The notes beneath the pieces are model-generated. The model had not been told where the DNA came from. It saw nothing but the letters and a program-made list of their open reading frames with translations, and searched no databases. From Candidatus Cloacimonadales bacterium (GTDB lineage Bacteria > Cloacimonadota > Cloacimonadia > Cloacimonadales > JAFGVF01), in the NCBI GenBank assembly GCA_963662585.1, contig OY759729.1, positions 1,536,001 to 1,600,000 of the forward strand: a DNA stretch of 64,000 nucleotides. Direction: 5' to 3'. The position numbers were made by a program, and so were the translations under genes. Shown here piece after piece: positions 1 to 10,212 of this stretch. Numbering within the stretch: the first letter of the stretch is position 1; every line of letters starts with the position of its first letter.

Positions 1-712
1 CAGATATCATATCAACTGTATCTTCTGGGATTCCTGATGAACCACCATGTCCTACTTCTTCATAGGTAGTAAAAAGAAGAGATACTTTGCGAGAAAGAGT
101 AATCTTCTCATCTGCAACCATTTTAGCTAAAGCAATTAAAAGTCCTGCAGATGCTTTATCATCTAAATGACGAGATTTAATAAAACCTGATTTAGTTACT
201 TTGGTGCGAGGATCAAGGGAAATGAAATCGCCTACTTTGATACCTAATTTTTCTACATCTTTTTTGGAAGTAACTTTCTCATCAAGAATAATTTCTACTG
301 TTTCGTCGTTTCTTGTCATTGAACCCACATCTTTATAAACATGAACAGCTGGATGAATCAAATAGGCAGTTCCTTCGAACTCTTTACCATCTCTAGTGTG
401 CACAATAATATTTTCATTTTCAATATTATTTTCAGGATAGCCACCGATTCTGGTGTGTCTGATTCGACCATTTCCTTTAATAGACCTTACCATAGCTCCA
501 AGGGTATCAACATGAGCAGCAAGAAGAAGATGTTCTCCTTCTCCCCCTAAAGTTACGATAACAGCCTTCTTGCGTGTATAAGTAGGGTCAAATCCCATAT
601 CTTTAAATGTTTTCATTAAATACTCAGTAGCTTTTTGAGTATAACCAGATGGACTGGGAATATTACACAAATTAACTATCTGCTTTACTGCTAAATCTGT
701 ATATTTCTTCAT
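1..712 (-). CDS. M42 family metallopeptidase/aminopeptidase (3' part runs off the window)
   Basis: Not in the ORF track; translated by hand from ATG at 712: MKKYTDLAVKQIVNLCNIPSPSGYT...AAHVDTLG...SRHLDDKA...TTYEEVG, matching M42 metal-ligand motifs; GAGG RBS upstream. Confidence 0.88.
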   Translation of the reverse strand, partial: MKKYTDLAVKQIVNLCNIPSPSGYTQKATEYLMKTFKDMGFDPTYTRKKAVIVTLGGEGEHLLLAAHVDTLGAMVRSIKGNGRIRHTRIGGYPENNIENENIIVHTRDGKEFEGTAYLIHPAVHVYKDVGSMTRNDETVEIILDEKVTSKKDVEKLGIKVGDFISLDPRTKVTKSGFIKSRHLDDKASAGLLIALAKMVADEKITLSRKVSLLFTTYEEVGHGGSSGIPEDTVDMIS

Positions 713-722
713 ATAAATACCT

Positions 723-926
723 CTATATCTTATTATTATTAACTAACTCTGTAAAATGTTCATAGGTTCTATCCCAATTAGCTTCTTCATCCTTGGGAAA
801 GAAACAGCCAGGAAGCTGTCTTTTTGACCTATGAAATTCTAAGCATTCGCAACATACCCCTTTTTTGGCACAACCAGGGTAAGAGCAATTGCATCTTTTC
901 ATATTCTCATTTTTCTTACATTCCAT
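723..926 (-). CDS. Small Cys-rich protein (DUF6485-like, probable metal-binding)
   Basis: CNCSYPGC..KGVCCECLEFH...LPGCFF pattern; start overlaps stop of the upstream gene. Confidence 0.7.
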   Translation of the reverse strand: MECKKNENMKRCNCSYPGCAKKGVCCECLEFHRSKRQLPGCFFPKDEEANWDRTYEHFTELVNNNKI

Positions 927-1231
927 TATAAATCTTCCACTTCTGAATAAAGTACAGTTGACCAGATTTCAGCTTCTGGTTGTTTGGTCATGAAAGGATC
1001 AAATTCAGCAAGAATCTTCTTAAAAATACCTGTTTTCATAAACTCTTCAGCATAGATTTTTTCAGCCCAAGTTCCAATTGCTAAGGCATTTCCATCTGGT
1101 TTAGCCAAGAACTGCATTCTGATAAAACCTTCTCTTTCTTCAGCTAATTCCAGTACTTGTTCTTCCCATTTTTCAATACATTCAACCATTTTTTCAGGTT
1201 TAAAATAATAACGCATTGTTGCTGTGTACAT
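926..1231 (-). CDS. Antibiotic biosynthesis monooxygenase (ABM) family protein
   Basis: 101 aa; F-K-P...EGFI...W pattern of the dimeric alpha-beta barrel; AGGAG RBS. Confidence 0.7.
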   Translation of the reverse strand: MYTATMRYYFKPEKMVECIEKWEEQVLELAEEREGFIRMQFLAKPDGNALAIGTWAEKIYAEEFMKTGIFKKILAEFDPFMTKQPEAEIWSTVLYSEVEDL

Positions 1232-1259
1232 AATTTAACTCCTTATCTTAATTTTTAAC

Positions 1260-2657
1260 TTATTGTTCATTTTCTTGAACTTTGCTCGTAATTGTCAATT
1301 GTTTTTTTGCTTTTGCGCCTAATTCTCTCATTTTCTCTGCTCTCCTCACTAAATTTCCGCTTCCATCTTTTAATTTATTCATCGAGAAATTGTAGTTATT
1401 ATTAAGATCAGAGATATTTTTTCCTATTTTTTCTAAATCACCAACAAAATTACAGAACTTATCATACATCTTCCCTCCCTCTTCTGCAATTTCTAAAACA
1501 TTTCTGGTTTGGTACTCACTCCGCCAAATCTGTTTAATCATTCTAAGGACATAGATTAAGGTGCTAGGCCCAACGATCATTACATTTTTATCCATTGCTT
1601 CGGAGAATATCTGATTATCATTTTCCAAAGCCAGCAAATAAGCTGATTCTATTGGAAGAAACATCAGCACATGGCTAAGAGTATTAATCCCATCTAGTTT
1701 CTGATATTCCTTAGCTGAAAGCTCATTTGCATGTTTTTTAACAGAAAGCAAGTGTTCCTTTAGTGCTTGATCTTTCTCATTTTCACTAGTAGCACTAACG
1801 AATTTTTCATAGGCAGTAAGAGAAGTTTTAGCATCCACCACGATATCTCTATCTTCAGGAAGCTTAATAATTACATCAGGATATTTACTCTTATTATCAC
1901 TATCAATGAAGTGAGCTTGGGTAAAATATTCAATATTTTTGTCTAAACCAGAATCCTCAAGAACTCTTTCTAATTTCATCTCTCCCCAATTACCTTGCTT
2001 TTTAGGATCTCTTTTGAGAGCATTGGTTAAATTCTTAGCCTCAAGGTTAAGGGTCTCATTTAAATTTCTTAAGTTAATGATTTCACTTTTTAAGGAAGCT
2101 CTATCTTTATTCTCACTATCATAAACTTGATCAACTCTTTTTCTAAACTCTTCTAATTGAGTTTTCATGGGAGTTAGGAGATTAGTCATATTCTCTTGAT
2201 TAGTCTCTTTAAACTTAGAACTCTTTTCCTCAAATATCTTATTAGCAAGAAGTTCAAAGTCTTTTTTTAGATTATCCTTAGCTTCTGTAAGAAGAGTAAT
2301 TTTCTCTTCAAAATGACGCTTATTAGACTCATCTTGAGTCTTTATTGTCGTATTCTCTTTTAACAAGTCATTATTAGCTTGAAGAAGTTTCTCTAAATCC
2401 TCTTTGAGAGAATTAGAAGTAGAGTTAAGATATTGAATTTCACTCTTTAGCCTTTCAGCTTCTATCTCTTTACTCCTAAGTTGATTACTAAGCTCTGACA
2501 AGCTAATATCGAACTCTTTTTGCATTTCATTCTTTAATTGTGTTTCAGCTAAATATGATTGAGATTTGAGTAATTTCTTTTGAACCACAGCTGTTAAAAT
2601 TGCCCCAATTATTGCTCCAATTAAGAGAATAACTAGATATAAAGTTACATTTTCCAT
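1260..2657 (-). CDS. rmuC: DNA recombination protein RmuC
   Basis: N-terminal TM helix, coiled coil, QGNWGEMKLERVLE, YPDVIIKLP, VDAKTSL, MFLPIESA, GNLVRRAEKMRELG. Confidence 0.95.
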   Translation of the reverse strand: MENVTLYLVILLIGAIIGAILTAVVQKKLLKSQSYLAETQLKNEMQKEFDISLSELSNQLRSKEIEAERLKSEIQYLNSTSNSLKEDLEKLLQANNDLLKENTTIKTQDESNKRHFEEKITLLTEAKDNLKKDFELLANKIFEEKSSKFKETNQENMTNLLTPMKTQLEEFRKRVDQVYDSENKDRASLKSEIINLRNLNETLNLEAKNLTNALKRDPKKQGNWGEMKLERVLEDSGLDKNIEYFTQAHFIDSDNKSKYPDVIIKLPEDRDIVVDAKTSLTAYEKFVSATSENEKDQALKEHLLSVKKHANELSAKEYQKLDGINTLSHVLMFLPIESAYLLALENDNQIFSEAMDKNVMIVGPSTLIYVLRMIKQIWRSEYQTRNVLEIAEEGGKMYDKFCNFVGDLEKIGKNISDLNNNYNFSMNKLKDGSGNLVRRAEKMRELGAKAKKQLTITSKVQENEQ

Positions 2658-2952
2658 TATACCTCCAAACTGTATTTATAATATTTTAATGATTATTACT
2701 GTCAATTATTATTTTTGCTACTTTTAAAGTAAAGGTCTAGAATATTGAAAAATACAAAATACAACTATTGAGTTTTACTAACATGTTTCGTATATCAATA
2801 TTTATTAGAATAAAAATAAAATTATATTGACATAAATTTATTATAATTATTTATTAGCTATATATTAAAGGCAGGAGCTATATAGTGATTATTACTAGCT
2901 TTTTTAGATTCATTGTATAGTTAAATGTCATATTATCTAGGAGAAAAAAAAT

Positions 2953-5900
2953 ATGAGAGAAAAGATTTTTTTAATTGTTCTTATTATAATATCAACCACT
3001 TGCTTACTTTTGGCAGATACTACAATTATCAATTATGGGGACAACCAAGTAAATTTAAAGGAAAATTTAGAAACTGAGATTTTAATTGACTACAATCTTA
3101 ATTCTGTTTCAACTAGAGATTACTCATCACCACAGGGTAATTTCACTCAGTTATATTTAGATAACTTTGGTTTAACTGGAGAAATAGGTAAAGCTCAACT
3201 TCCTTATAGCTCAAAAATTATTGCTGTTCCTGAAGGAGCCAAAATTGTTACTGAGTTACAGGCAGATTCACCAATTTTAATCAAGCTTAATGAAATAGGA
3301 GTAAATAATAGAATCTTCCCTGCTCAGCCATCTGTATCAAAAAGTTCTAAACCTGAAGATATAGTCTTTGTGATCGATGATAAAACATATAATTCTGTTG
3401 GCTTTATACCACAAAGACAAGTTGAAGTGATCGAACTTGGCTATCAAAGAGGAATGAGACTTTTTGAAGTTAATTACTATCCTGTTGCCTATAATCCAGC
3501 AGAAAATACTCTCTCTATTATCCAAAATGCTAGCCTAAAGATAAAATTTGAAGGTGCTGATCTAATAGCTACTCAATATTTGAGAGATAAAAATTATTCA
3601 CCAGCTTTTGAAGCAAACTATGCTTCTACAATATTTAACTATAGGAATAATCGTTCTACTTTAGAATCATATCCCCTTGGCTACATAGTTGTGGCTCCTA
3701 GTAATTACTTAGATACTTTAGAGCCCTTTATTGAGTGGAAAACCCAACAAGGTTTTAATGTTACTATTTTAGATGTAACTACTATTGGTGCGTCAACAAC
3801 AGCTGTTAAATCAGCTATTGCTAATATTTGGAATAATGCTAGTCCAAGTAACCCTGCACCATCTTATCTTCTTATTTGTGGAGATGTTGCCCAAGTACCT
3901 GCTTTTACGGGAACAACAGACTCTGGTCATGTTACCGACTTAGATTATGTTAAATTAGAGGGTTCAGATTATCTCCCAGAGATGTATTATGGAAGATTTT
4001 CTGCCACTAGCACAAGTCAATTAACTACAATCGTGAATAAAACTTTAATGTATGAAAAATATGAAATGCCTGATCCTTCCTACTTAGAAAGAGCAACACT
4101 TATTGCTGGAGTTGATGCTGACTGGGCTCCAACTCATGGTAATGGAACACTTAATTACGGTTCTCAATACTATTTTAATTCAGCTCATAACATTGATGCT
4201 ACTACCTATTACTATCCTGCTTCAGGATCAAGTGAATCCAGTATTTTTGCTGACATTAATGCTGGATTAGGTTATTTAAATTATACTGCCCATGGTTCAG
4301 AAACTACATGGTACGATCCTAGTTTTACTGTTAGCAATGTAAATAGCCTCACTAATGTGCAACAATATCCAGTGGTTGTTGGTAACTGTTGTTTAACAAA
4401 CCATTTCGATACAGCAACTTGTTTTGGTGAAGCGTGGCTAAGAGCTTCTAATGGTTCGGTGATTTATATTGGTGGAACTAATTCTACTTATTGGGATGAA
4501 GATTACTGGTGGTCAGTTGGACATTTTTCTCCTACTTCAACAGCTAATCCTACTTATGCTGGTACTGGACTTGGTATGTTTGATGCTCTTTTCCATGAAA
4601 ACGGCGAAGAGTATGTTAACTGGGTTAATAGTGCAGGATCAATGGTTTATCGCGGAAATATGACGGTTCAAGGTTCTTCTTCAACCCTAAAAAACTATTA
4701 TTGGGAAATCTATTCAATCATGGGTGACCCTTCTTTAATTCCTATGGTTGGTATCCCTGATGCTCAAACTCCTAATTATGCTAATAATCTCTTATTAGGT
4801 GCCACATCATTAGATGTTACTGCAGCACCCTACTCCTATGTAGCTCTTACTGTAGATGGAGTTATTATTGGTACACAACTCTTAGATTCTAACGGTTCAG
4901 GAACTGTTAATTTCCCAGCTTTAACTACACCTCAATCGGTAAGAATGGTAATCTCAAGAGTTGATTATCAGCCTTACATTGTAGAAATTCCTGTTATTAC
5001 AGCCAATGGACCTTACTTAACTTTAGCAGATTATTCAGTTAATGATGCCAATAACAATGGTATATTAGAGTATGGAGAAACAGCTTCTTTAAATTTAGTT
5101 ATTGAGAATATTGGAACCTCTGCTTCAAGTGCCGGAACTATTACTTTCAGTGAATCAGACCCATTCTTATCTTTAACCTCTACATCAGCTTCAGTAAGTT
5201 CAATAAGTGCTGAAAGCTCTCTTAATGTTAACAATGTAATTAACTTCTCTATTGCTAATAACATACCTAATGATCATACTATGTCACTTTCTTATGTTAT
5301 CATAGCAGATGGAGAAGAATACACAGGGAGTATTACTTTAACTGGTAAATCCTATGATATGGAGATTACTAATATCTCTATTGATGATACTGAATCAGGT
5401 AATGGGAATAATGTCATTGATGTAGGTGAAACTTTTGAAATAGTTGTGCTTGTTGAGAATAATGGTGCAGCAAACTCTCCAACAAATGCTATTTCCATCG
5501 CTAATGCAAGCTATATTTCTTATAATAGTACTAGCCTTACAGTACCAGCATTAACAGCAGGAAACAGTCAAGAAGTTAGCTTTACTGCTTCAGCATCAAG
5601 CTCTATCCCAGCAGGCCAGTTAGTTACTTTTACTGTAAATGCTAATTATCCAAATGGAAGTACAGAATTTAGCCAAGAGTTCTTAGCAGCTTTACTTCAA
5701 ATTGGACAAGGGACAGTTACCGATGCTCATCTTCCAATGGAGCCTTTTTATGGTTATTCTTATAGCCAATCCATATACACTGCTTCTGAACTTAATCTAG
5801 GAGTTTCTCAGATTAATAAAATAGCTTATCAATATAATGGTAACAGCTCTTGGACTGATGCTATTGTTATTTACATGGGGAATACAACTAAATCTAGTTT

Positions 5901-8900
5901 TACTTCTAGCTCTGACTGGGTCTCTTCTACCAACCTAACTCAAGTCTATAGTGGTTCTTTTATAGCTCCAGCAACTGCTGGCTGGATTGAAATAGAGCTC
6001 ACTACTCCATTTAATTATGATGGAACAAGTAATTTAGTTATTGGTTTTGATGAGAATACATCTGGATATCATGCAAGTAGTGACGAATTCTATTGTTATG
6101 CTTCCGGCTCTGATAGATCTATCTATTATTATAGCGATGGCACAAACCCTAACCCCGCTTCTCCTCAAGCAATGTCTGTTTCAGCTAACAATCCTAATCT
6201 CAGGATCTTTTCATCAGCAAGTACTTTAGGACCTGAAATTGCTCTTAATACCACTTCCCTTGATTTCGGAGAGGTAATAATTGGTAATTCAGCTACTAAA
6301 GATTTTGTTATCTCTAATACTGGTGGAGCAAGCTTAACTGGAACTATCACCTTACCTGAGAACTTTACCTTTGCCGGTAGAAATAGTGATAAAGAAGTTG
6401 TTAACACAAGAACTTCTTCCCAAAACTTCACCATCCCAGTAGGAAATAATCAAACTTATAGCGTAATTTTTACTCCAACAATTGAACTTTGCTATAACAA
6501 TAACCTAGAAATTAGTCATAATGCTGACCAATATTCAAGCTATATATCACTTGTAGCTTGTGGTATTAAACCAACTTACTCTTCTACAACCAGATTAATT
6601 AATAAGACTCTTGCTCCTGATACTCAAGATAGCTATTCTTATGTGATTGAAAATACAGGAAGTGGAGATTTAGAAGTATTATTAGAAATCACTGATGCAG
6701 AGAGAAATAGTGGTGGACCTGATACCTATGGTTATACTTGGAAAGATAGTAACGAATCTGATGTCTCCTATAACTGGATAGATATAAGCTCAACCGGTAC
6801 AATAATTTCTGAGGGTGATGATATTTTAGAAGAGATTACTCTACCTTTCACCTTTACTTTCTATGGAGAAGATTATACTGCTGTAAATGTCTGTTCTAAT
6901 GGATTTTTGAGTTTTAATAGTACATCGACAGCTTATACTAATACAACAATTCCGAATGCAACTACTCCTAATGCTCTATTAGCAGCTTTCTGGGATGATT
7001 TGAAAGCTACAGGATCTTCTTTTGGAAACATCTATTATCAAAACTTCTCTACTTACTCTGTAATTCAATGGGAGAATGTTTCTCACTATAATAGTACTAC
7101 TCCTGTTAATAATGAGACCTTCCAAGTAATTCTTTATAATAATGGTGATATTAAATATCAATATAAAACAATATTAGATGATGCCGATTGTACTGTAGGA
7201 ATAGAAAATCAAGCTGGTGATGATGGTTTGTTATTAACTTATAACTCTACATTCTTAGAAAATGAATATGCAATAATGTTCACAAGTGGAACTTCAACTA
7301 ATAACTGGCTCTCACTTTCTTCTGATGCTCTTGTTATTCCTGAAGGTTCTTCAGAAACTATTTCTGTAAACTTCGATGCTAGAGACTTAGAGTTGGGGAC
7401 TTATAATAAAAACATCTTCGTAATCACAAATGACCCTGAGCATCAAGAGATAACAATACCAGTTACTTTATTAGTAGGTGGATCTGCTAGCCCTGATATT
7501 TTAGTAGATAAACAGGCAATTGATTTTGGTACTGTAATGACTAATGATGAAATACTTGAATCTATCACAATAACTAATATTGGTGGTGAAACACTAACAG
7601 GTAATGTTTCTGCTACAAATAGTTTTACTCTTACCGAAGCAAGAGGCAATGTATCTAAGAATGATATTTTAGCTGATCATAAAGGTTTAAGAAGAGTTCG
7701 GAACTTAGACTTCTCTCTTGAACCAGCTCAATCTAAAATTTATTACCTTAGCCACACAACAGCCATAGCAGACTCATACGAGGGTGATCTAACTATTACC
7801 TCTAATGACCCTGAAAACTCAGAAATAGCTATTCCTTTGACTCTTGAGGTCCTTAATCCTGCATTAATCTCTATTGATCCTCAAAGCATTGAATTAACTT
7901 TGCAAGCAGACCAAACAACAAGCAGAGATTTAACTATAAGTAATACTGGTGATTTAGATTTAAACTGTACTTTAACACTTCAAACTAATGAAAATAGAGA
8001 TGTATTTGAAATATTCTCTGCTAACTTTGATGATAACGATTTAACCGGTTGGGATATCGATTATCTCTATTCTGCTGACCATACATGGCATATTGCTGAA
8101 GACTATAGTGGTTCAAGCATAGATGGAAGCTCTTTCTTATTTATAGATAGTGATGCAGCAGGTTCTGGCAACGCTATAGATGATACTATCGAAAGCCCTC
8201 TTTTCAATGTTTCTAACTATGAAACTATAACTATTGAATTTGATCATTATTTTAATAAATATAGTGAAGAAATTGCTGATGTTGATTTCTGGACTGGTAC
8301 AGAGTGGATTAATATTGCTCAGTGGCAAGGGGAAGATATAGGCTATTGGTCTGCCCCTAATCACTTCACTTACACTTTGACTAACGAGGGATACAGTGAT
8401 GTGAAGCTCAGATTCCATTATTATGATGCTATTTATGAATATTATTGGGCTATTGACAACTTGGTTGTTTCTGGAGAAGGTAGTCCTGCTCCACAATGGG
8501 TAAGTATGGATTCTGAATTCAATAGTTTCACTGTTTTGCCTAATTCTAATGAAGTTATTTCTCTTAACTTCTCCTCTACTGATTTTGTAGCTGGAGAATA
8601 TACAGCAAGCTTAAATATTCAATCAAATTCTGCAACTAATAGTAGTTTAGATATTCCTGTTACCCTAACTATAAGAGAATTAGAAAATGAACCTGACTGG
8701 GAGCCTGTTATCTATCCTAACAATAGTGCCACTATCTATGCCGAAGTTACTCATTTAAGCTCAGATATTGCTGCTGATGATATTGTTTCAGCTTGGGTGG
8801 GAAATGAGTGTCGTGGAATTGGTTCTATAGTTATCGTTGATAGAAGTCAAGCTTTCACAACTATTGTTGTTCAATCGAATGGTTCAGCAGAAAATGTATA

Positions 8901-9243
8901 TTTTAAGCTTTATGACAGAAGCCAAGATATAGTTGTTGAAGAATCTAATTCCACACCTGTTTCTAGTGGCCAAGTAGTAGGTTCTGCTCAGGAACCATTC
9001 CCTATTAATATCGGAATCATTGAACTTATTGCTCCTAACAACTTAGATGTGGTAATAACTAATAGTATTGCTACTATCAATTGGATTGCTGTGCCTAACA
9101 GTGATTTCTATAAAGTATTCTACTCTACCGATTTAGAGAACTGGGTAGAATTAGGTCAAATAAGTGGTACTACTTTTGAACATACTCAAGCACGGAGTAA
9201 TACTGAAGCTCATTTCTATAAGATTAAAGCATTTAAAAATTAA
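2953..9243 (+). CDS. Secreted C25 (gingipain-like) cysteine peptidase, 2096 aa, with propeptide, Ig/choice-of-anchor D repeats, NIDO-like and adhesin-like domains
   Basis: Signal peptide; WKTQQG, YLLICGD, GRFSA, catalytic His (YTAHG) and Cys (GNCC), MGDPSL; LDFG..V repeats; GGPD.YGY.W.DS domain; AGGAG RBS. Confidence 0.92.
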   Translation: MREKIFLIVLIIISTTCLLLADTTIINYGDNQVNLKENLETEILIDYNLNSVSTRDYSSPQGNFTQLYLDNFGLTGEIGKAQLPYSSKIIAVPEGAKIVTELQADSPILIKLNEIGVNNRIFPAQPSVSKSSKPEDIVFVIDDKTYNSVGFIPQRQVEVIELGYQRGMRLFEVNYYPVAYNPAENTLSIIQNASLKIKFEGADLIATQYLRDKNYSPAFEANYASTIFNYRNNRSTLESYPLGYIVVAPSNYLDTLEPFIEWKTQQGFNVTILDVTTIGASTTAVKSAIANIWNNASPSNPAPSYLLICGDVAQVPAFTGTTDSGHVTDLDYVKLEGSDYLPEMYYGRFSATSTSQLTTIVNKTLMYEKYEMPDPSYLERATLIAGVDADWAPTHGNGTLNYGSQYYFNSAHNIDATTYYYPASGSSESSIFADINAGLGYLNYTAHGSETTWYDPSFTVSNVNSLTNVQQYPVVVGNCCLTNHFDTATCFGEAWLRASNGSVIYIGGTNSTYWDEDYWWSVGHFSPTSTANPTYAGTGLGMFDALFHENGEEYVNWVNSAGSMVYRGNMTVQGSSSTLKNYYWEIYSIMGDPSLIPMVGIPDAQTPNYANNLLLGATSLDVTAAPYSYVALTVDGVIIGTQLLDSNGSGTVNFPALTTPQSVRMVISRVDYQPYIVEIPVITANGPYLTLADYSVNDANNNGILEYGETASLNLVIENIGTSASSAGTITFSESDPFLSLTSTSASVSSISAESSLNVNNVINFSIANNIPNDHTMSLSYVIIADGEEYTGSITLTGKSYDMEITNISIDDTESGNGNNVIDVGETFEIVVLVENNGAANSPTNAISIANASYISYNSTSLTVPALTAGNSQEVSFTASASSSIPAGQLVTFTVNANYPNGSTEFSQEFLAALLQIGQGTVTDAHLPMEPFYGYSYSQSIYTASELNLGVSQINKIAYQYNGNSSWTDAIVIYMGNTTKSSFTSSSDWVSSTNLTQVYSGSFIAPATAGWIEIELTTPFNYDGTSNLVIGFDENTSGYHASSDEFYCYASGSDRSIYYYSDGTNPNPASPQAMSVSANNPNLRIFSSASTLGPEIALNTTSLDFGEVIIGNSATKDFVISNTGGASLTGTITLPENFTFAGRNSDKEVVNTRTSSQNFTIPVGNNQTYSVIFTPTIELCYNNNLEISHNADQYSSYISLVACGIKPTYSSTTRLINKTLAPDTQDSYSYVIENTGSGDLEVLLEITDAERNSGGPDTYGYTWKDSNESDVSYNWIDISSTGTIISEGDDILEEITLPFTFTFYGEDYTAVNVCSNGFLSFNSTSTAYTNTTIPNATTPNALLAAFWDDLKATGSSFGNIYYQNFSTYSVIQWENVSHYNSTTPVNNETFQVILYNNGDIKYQYKTILDDADCTVGIENQAGDDGLLLTYNSTFLENEYAIMFTSGTSTNNWLSLSSDALVIPEGSSETISVNFDARDLELGTYNKNIFVITNDPEHQEITIPVTLLVGGSASPDILVDKQAIDFGTVMTNDEILESITITNIGGETLTGNVSATNSFTLTEARGNVSKNDILADHKGLRRVRNLDFSLEPAQSKIYYLSHTTAIADSYEGDLTITSNDPENSEIAIPLTLEVLNPALISIDPQSIELTLQADQTTSRDLTISNTGDLDLNCTLTLQTNENRDVFEIFSANFDDNDLTGWDIDYLYSADHTWHIAEDYSGSSIDGSSFLFIDSDAAGSGNAIDDTIESPLFNVSNYETITIEFDHYFNKYSEEIADVDFWTGTEWINIAQWQGEDIGYWSAPNHFTYTLTNEGYSDVKLRFHYYDAIYEYYWAIDNLVVSGEGSPAPQWVSMDSEFNSFTVLPNSNEVISLNFSSTDFVAGEYTASLNIQSNSATNSSLDIPVTLTIRELENEPDWEPVIYPNNSATIYAEVTHLSSDIAADDIVSAWVGNECRGIGSIVIVDRSQAFTTIVVQSNGSAENVYFKLYDRSQDIVVEESNSTPVSSGQVVGSAQEPFPINIGIIELIAPNNLDVVITNSIATINWIAVPNSDFYKVFYSTDLENWVELGQISGTTFEHTQARSNTEAHFYKIKAFKN

Positions 9244-9261
9244 TATAGAATAAACTAACTT

Positions 9262-9292
9262 ACGGGATTACAGTGTAATCCCGTTTTTTTTT
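9262..9292 (+). terminator. Intrinsic terminator of the C25 gene
   Basis: ACGGGATTAC-AGT-GTAATCCCGT followed by a T-tract. Confidence 0.9.
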
Positions 9293-9481
9293 GGGTTTTA
9301 CCCAGATAGTGCAGCGACACTGTCCAGTAAATTTCTCTATATCTTTTATCCATAATATATTTGAATAATGATCTATAATCCTTAGATACTTATTTTCCAC
9401 TAGACTTAAACTAAAATCTTTTTGTTCTCCGCTAAAGCGTCGAACCACTATTGATGGGGATCTCTAGGCTACCAAGAAACA

Positions 9482-9526
9482 GCTCCTATGGAGCAAAGTT
9501 AAGCAAAGTTAAGCAAAAGTAAGCAA
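9482..9526. repeat. Short hairpin followed by 10-bp tandem repeats (GCAAAGTTAA x2, GCAAAAGTAA)
   Basis: Read directly: GCTCC-TAT-GGAGC, then AAAGTTAAGCAAAGTTAAGCAAAAGTAAGCAA. Confidence 0.7.
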
Positions 9527-9575
9527 CCTAAATAAGCAGTTAACCACGAAATTTGGAACAGGACAAAAAAAGTAT

Positions 9576-9619
9576 TTGACAAAAAGAGCATACTGTATAT
9601 ATTGTGTATATACAGTATG
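9576..9619 (+). promoter_or_regulatory. Sigma70 promoter overlapped by a YtrA-type operator
   Basis: TTGACA 9576-9581 and TATATT 9598-9603; perfect 13-bp inverted repeat CATACTGTATATA-ttgtg-TATATACAGTATG, i.e. ACTGTA-N13-TACAGT. Confidence 0.85.
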
Positions 9620-9837
9620 AACAATGATATTAAACCAGAATGGTGTAGTAGAGCTTTAGTGAAGAGTGCAGATTATTCTAGCAAAATAGCTTACAGAATT
9701 TTGACGCATATAATATATATATTCGGAGAAATTATGGAAGTTACTTTTGCAGAATAATATAGGGCTAGTCACAAAGGTCTACTGTATTATTTGGGTTAAA
9801 TTCAAATGATAAAGAAGACTTAACAATAGGAGTAATT

Positions 9838-10212
9838 ATGGTAATTTTAGTAAGTAATAGTTCTGATTTGCCTATCTACGAACAAATTGCTGAACAGATA
9901 AAGGCCCAAATTATCAAGCAAGAGCTAAAAGAGGGTGATATTCTTCCTTCAATAAGAAGTCTAGCCCGTGAGTTAAAGATAAGCGTAATAACGACCAAAA
10001 AGGCATATTCAGAATTAGAGAAGGAGCATTTTGTAGAGACTGTTCCTGGCAAAGGAACATTTGTAGCCAAGGCTAATTTAGAATTTCTGCAAGAGATAAA
10101 ATTGAGGAAGATAGAAGAGTATCTACTCTTAGCATTACAAGAGGCCAAAAGCTTGAATTTATCTAAAGAAGAATTTATCAACATCTTAAATATCTTAGAG
10201 GAGGAGCAATAA
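9838..10212 (+). CDS. ytrA: GntR family transcriptional repressor, YtrA subfamily
   Basis: PIYEQIAEQIK...LPSIRSLARELKISVITTKKAYSELE..GKGTFV; short C-terminus; precedes ABC genes. Confidence 0.92.
   Translation: MVILVSNSSDLPIYEQIAEQIKAQIIKQELKEGDILPSIRSLARELKISVITTKKAYSELEKEHFVETVPGKGTFVAKANLEFLQEIKLRKIEEYLLLALQEAKSLNLSKEEFINILNILEEEQ

Noticed and set aside
9260..9448. 62-aa minus-strand intergenic ORF
   Set aside because: GTG start, runs through a terminator hairpin, no recognisable motif
9591..9617. LexA/SOS box
   Set aside because: Half-sites resemble the E. coli box, but spacing is CTGT-N15-ACAG rather than N8; context fits YtrA
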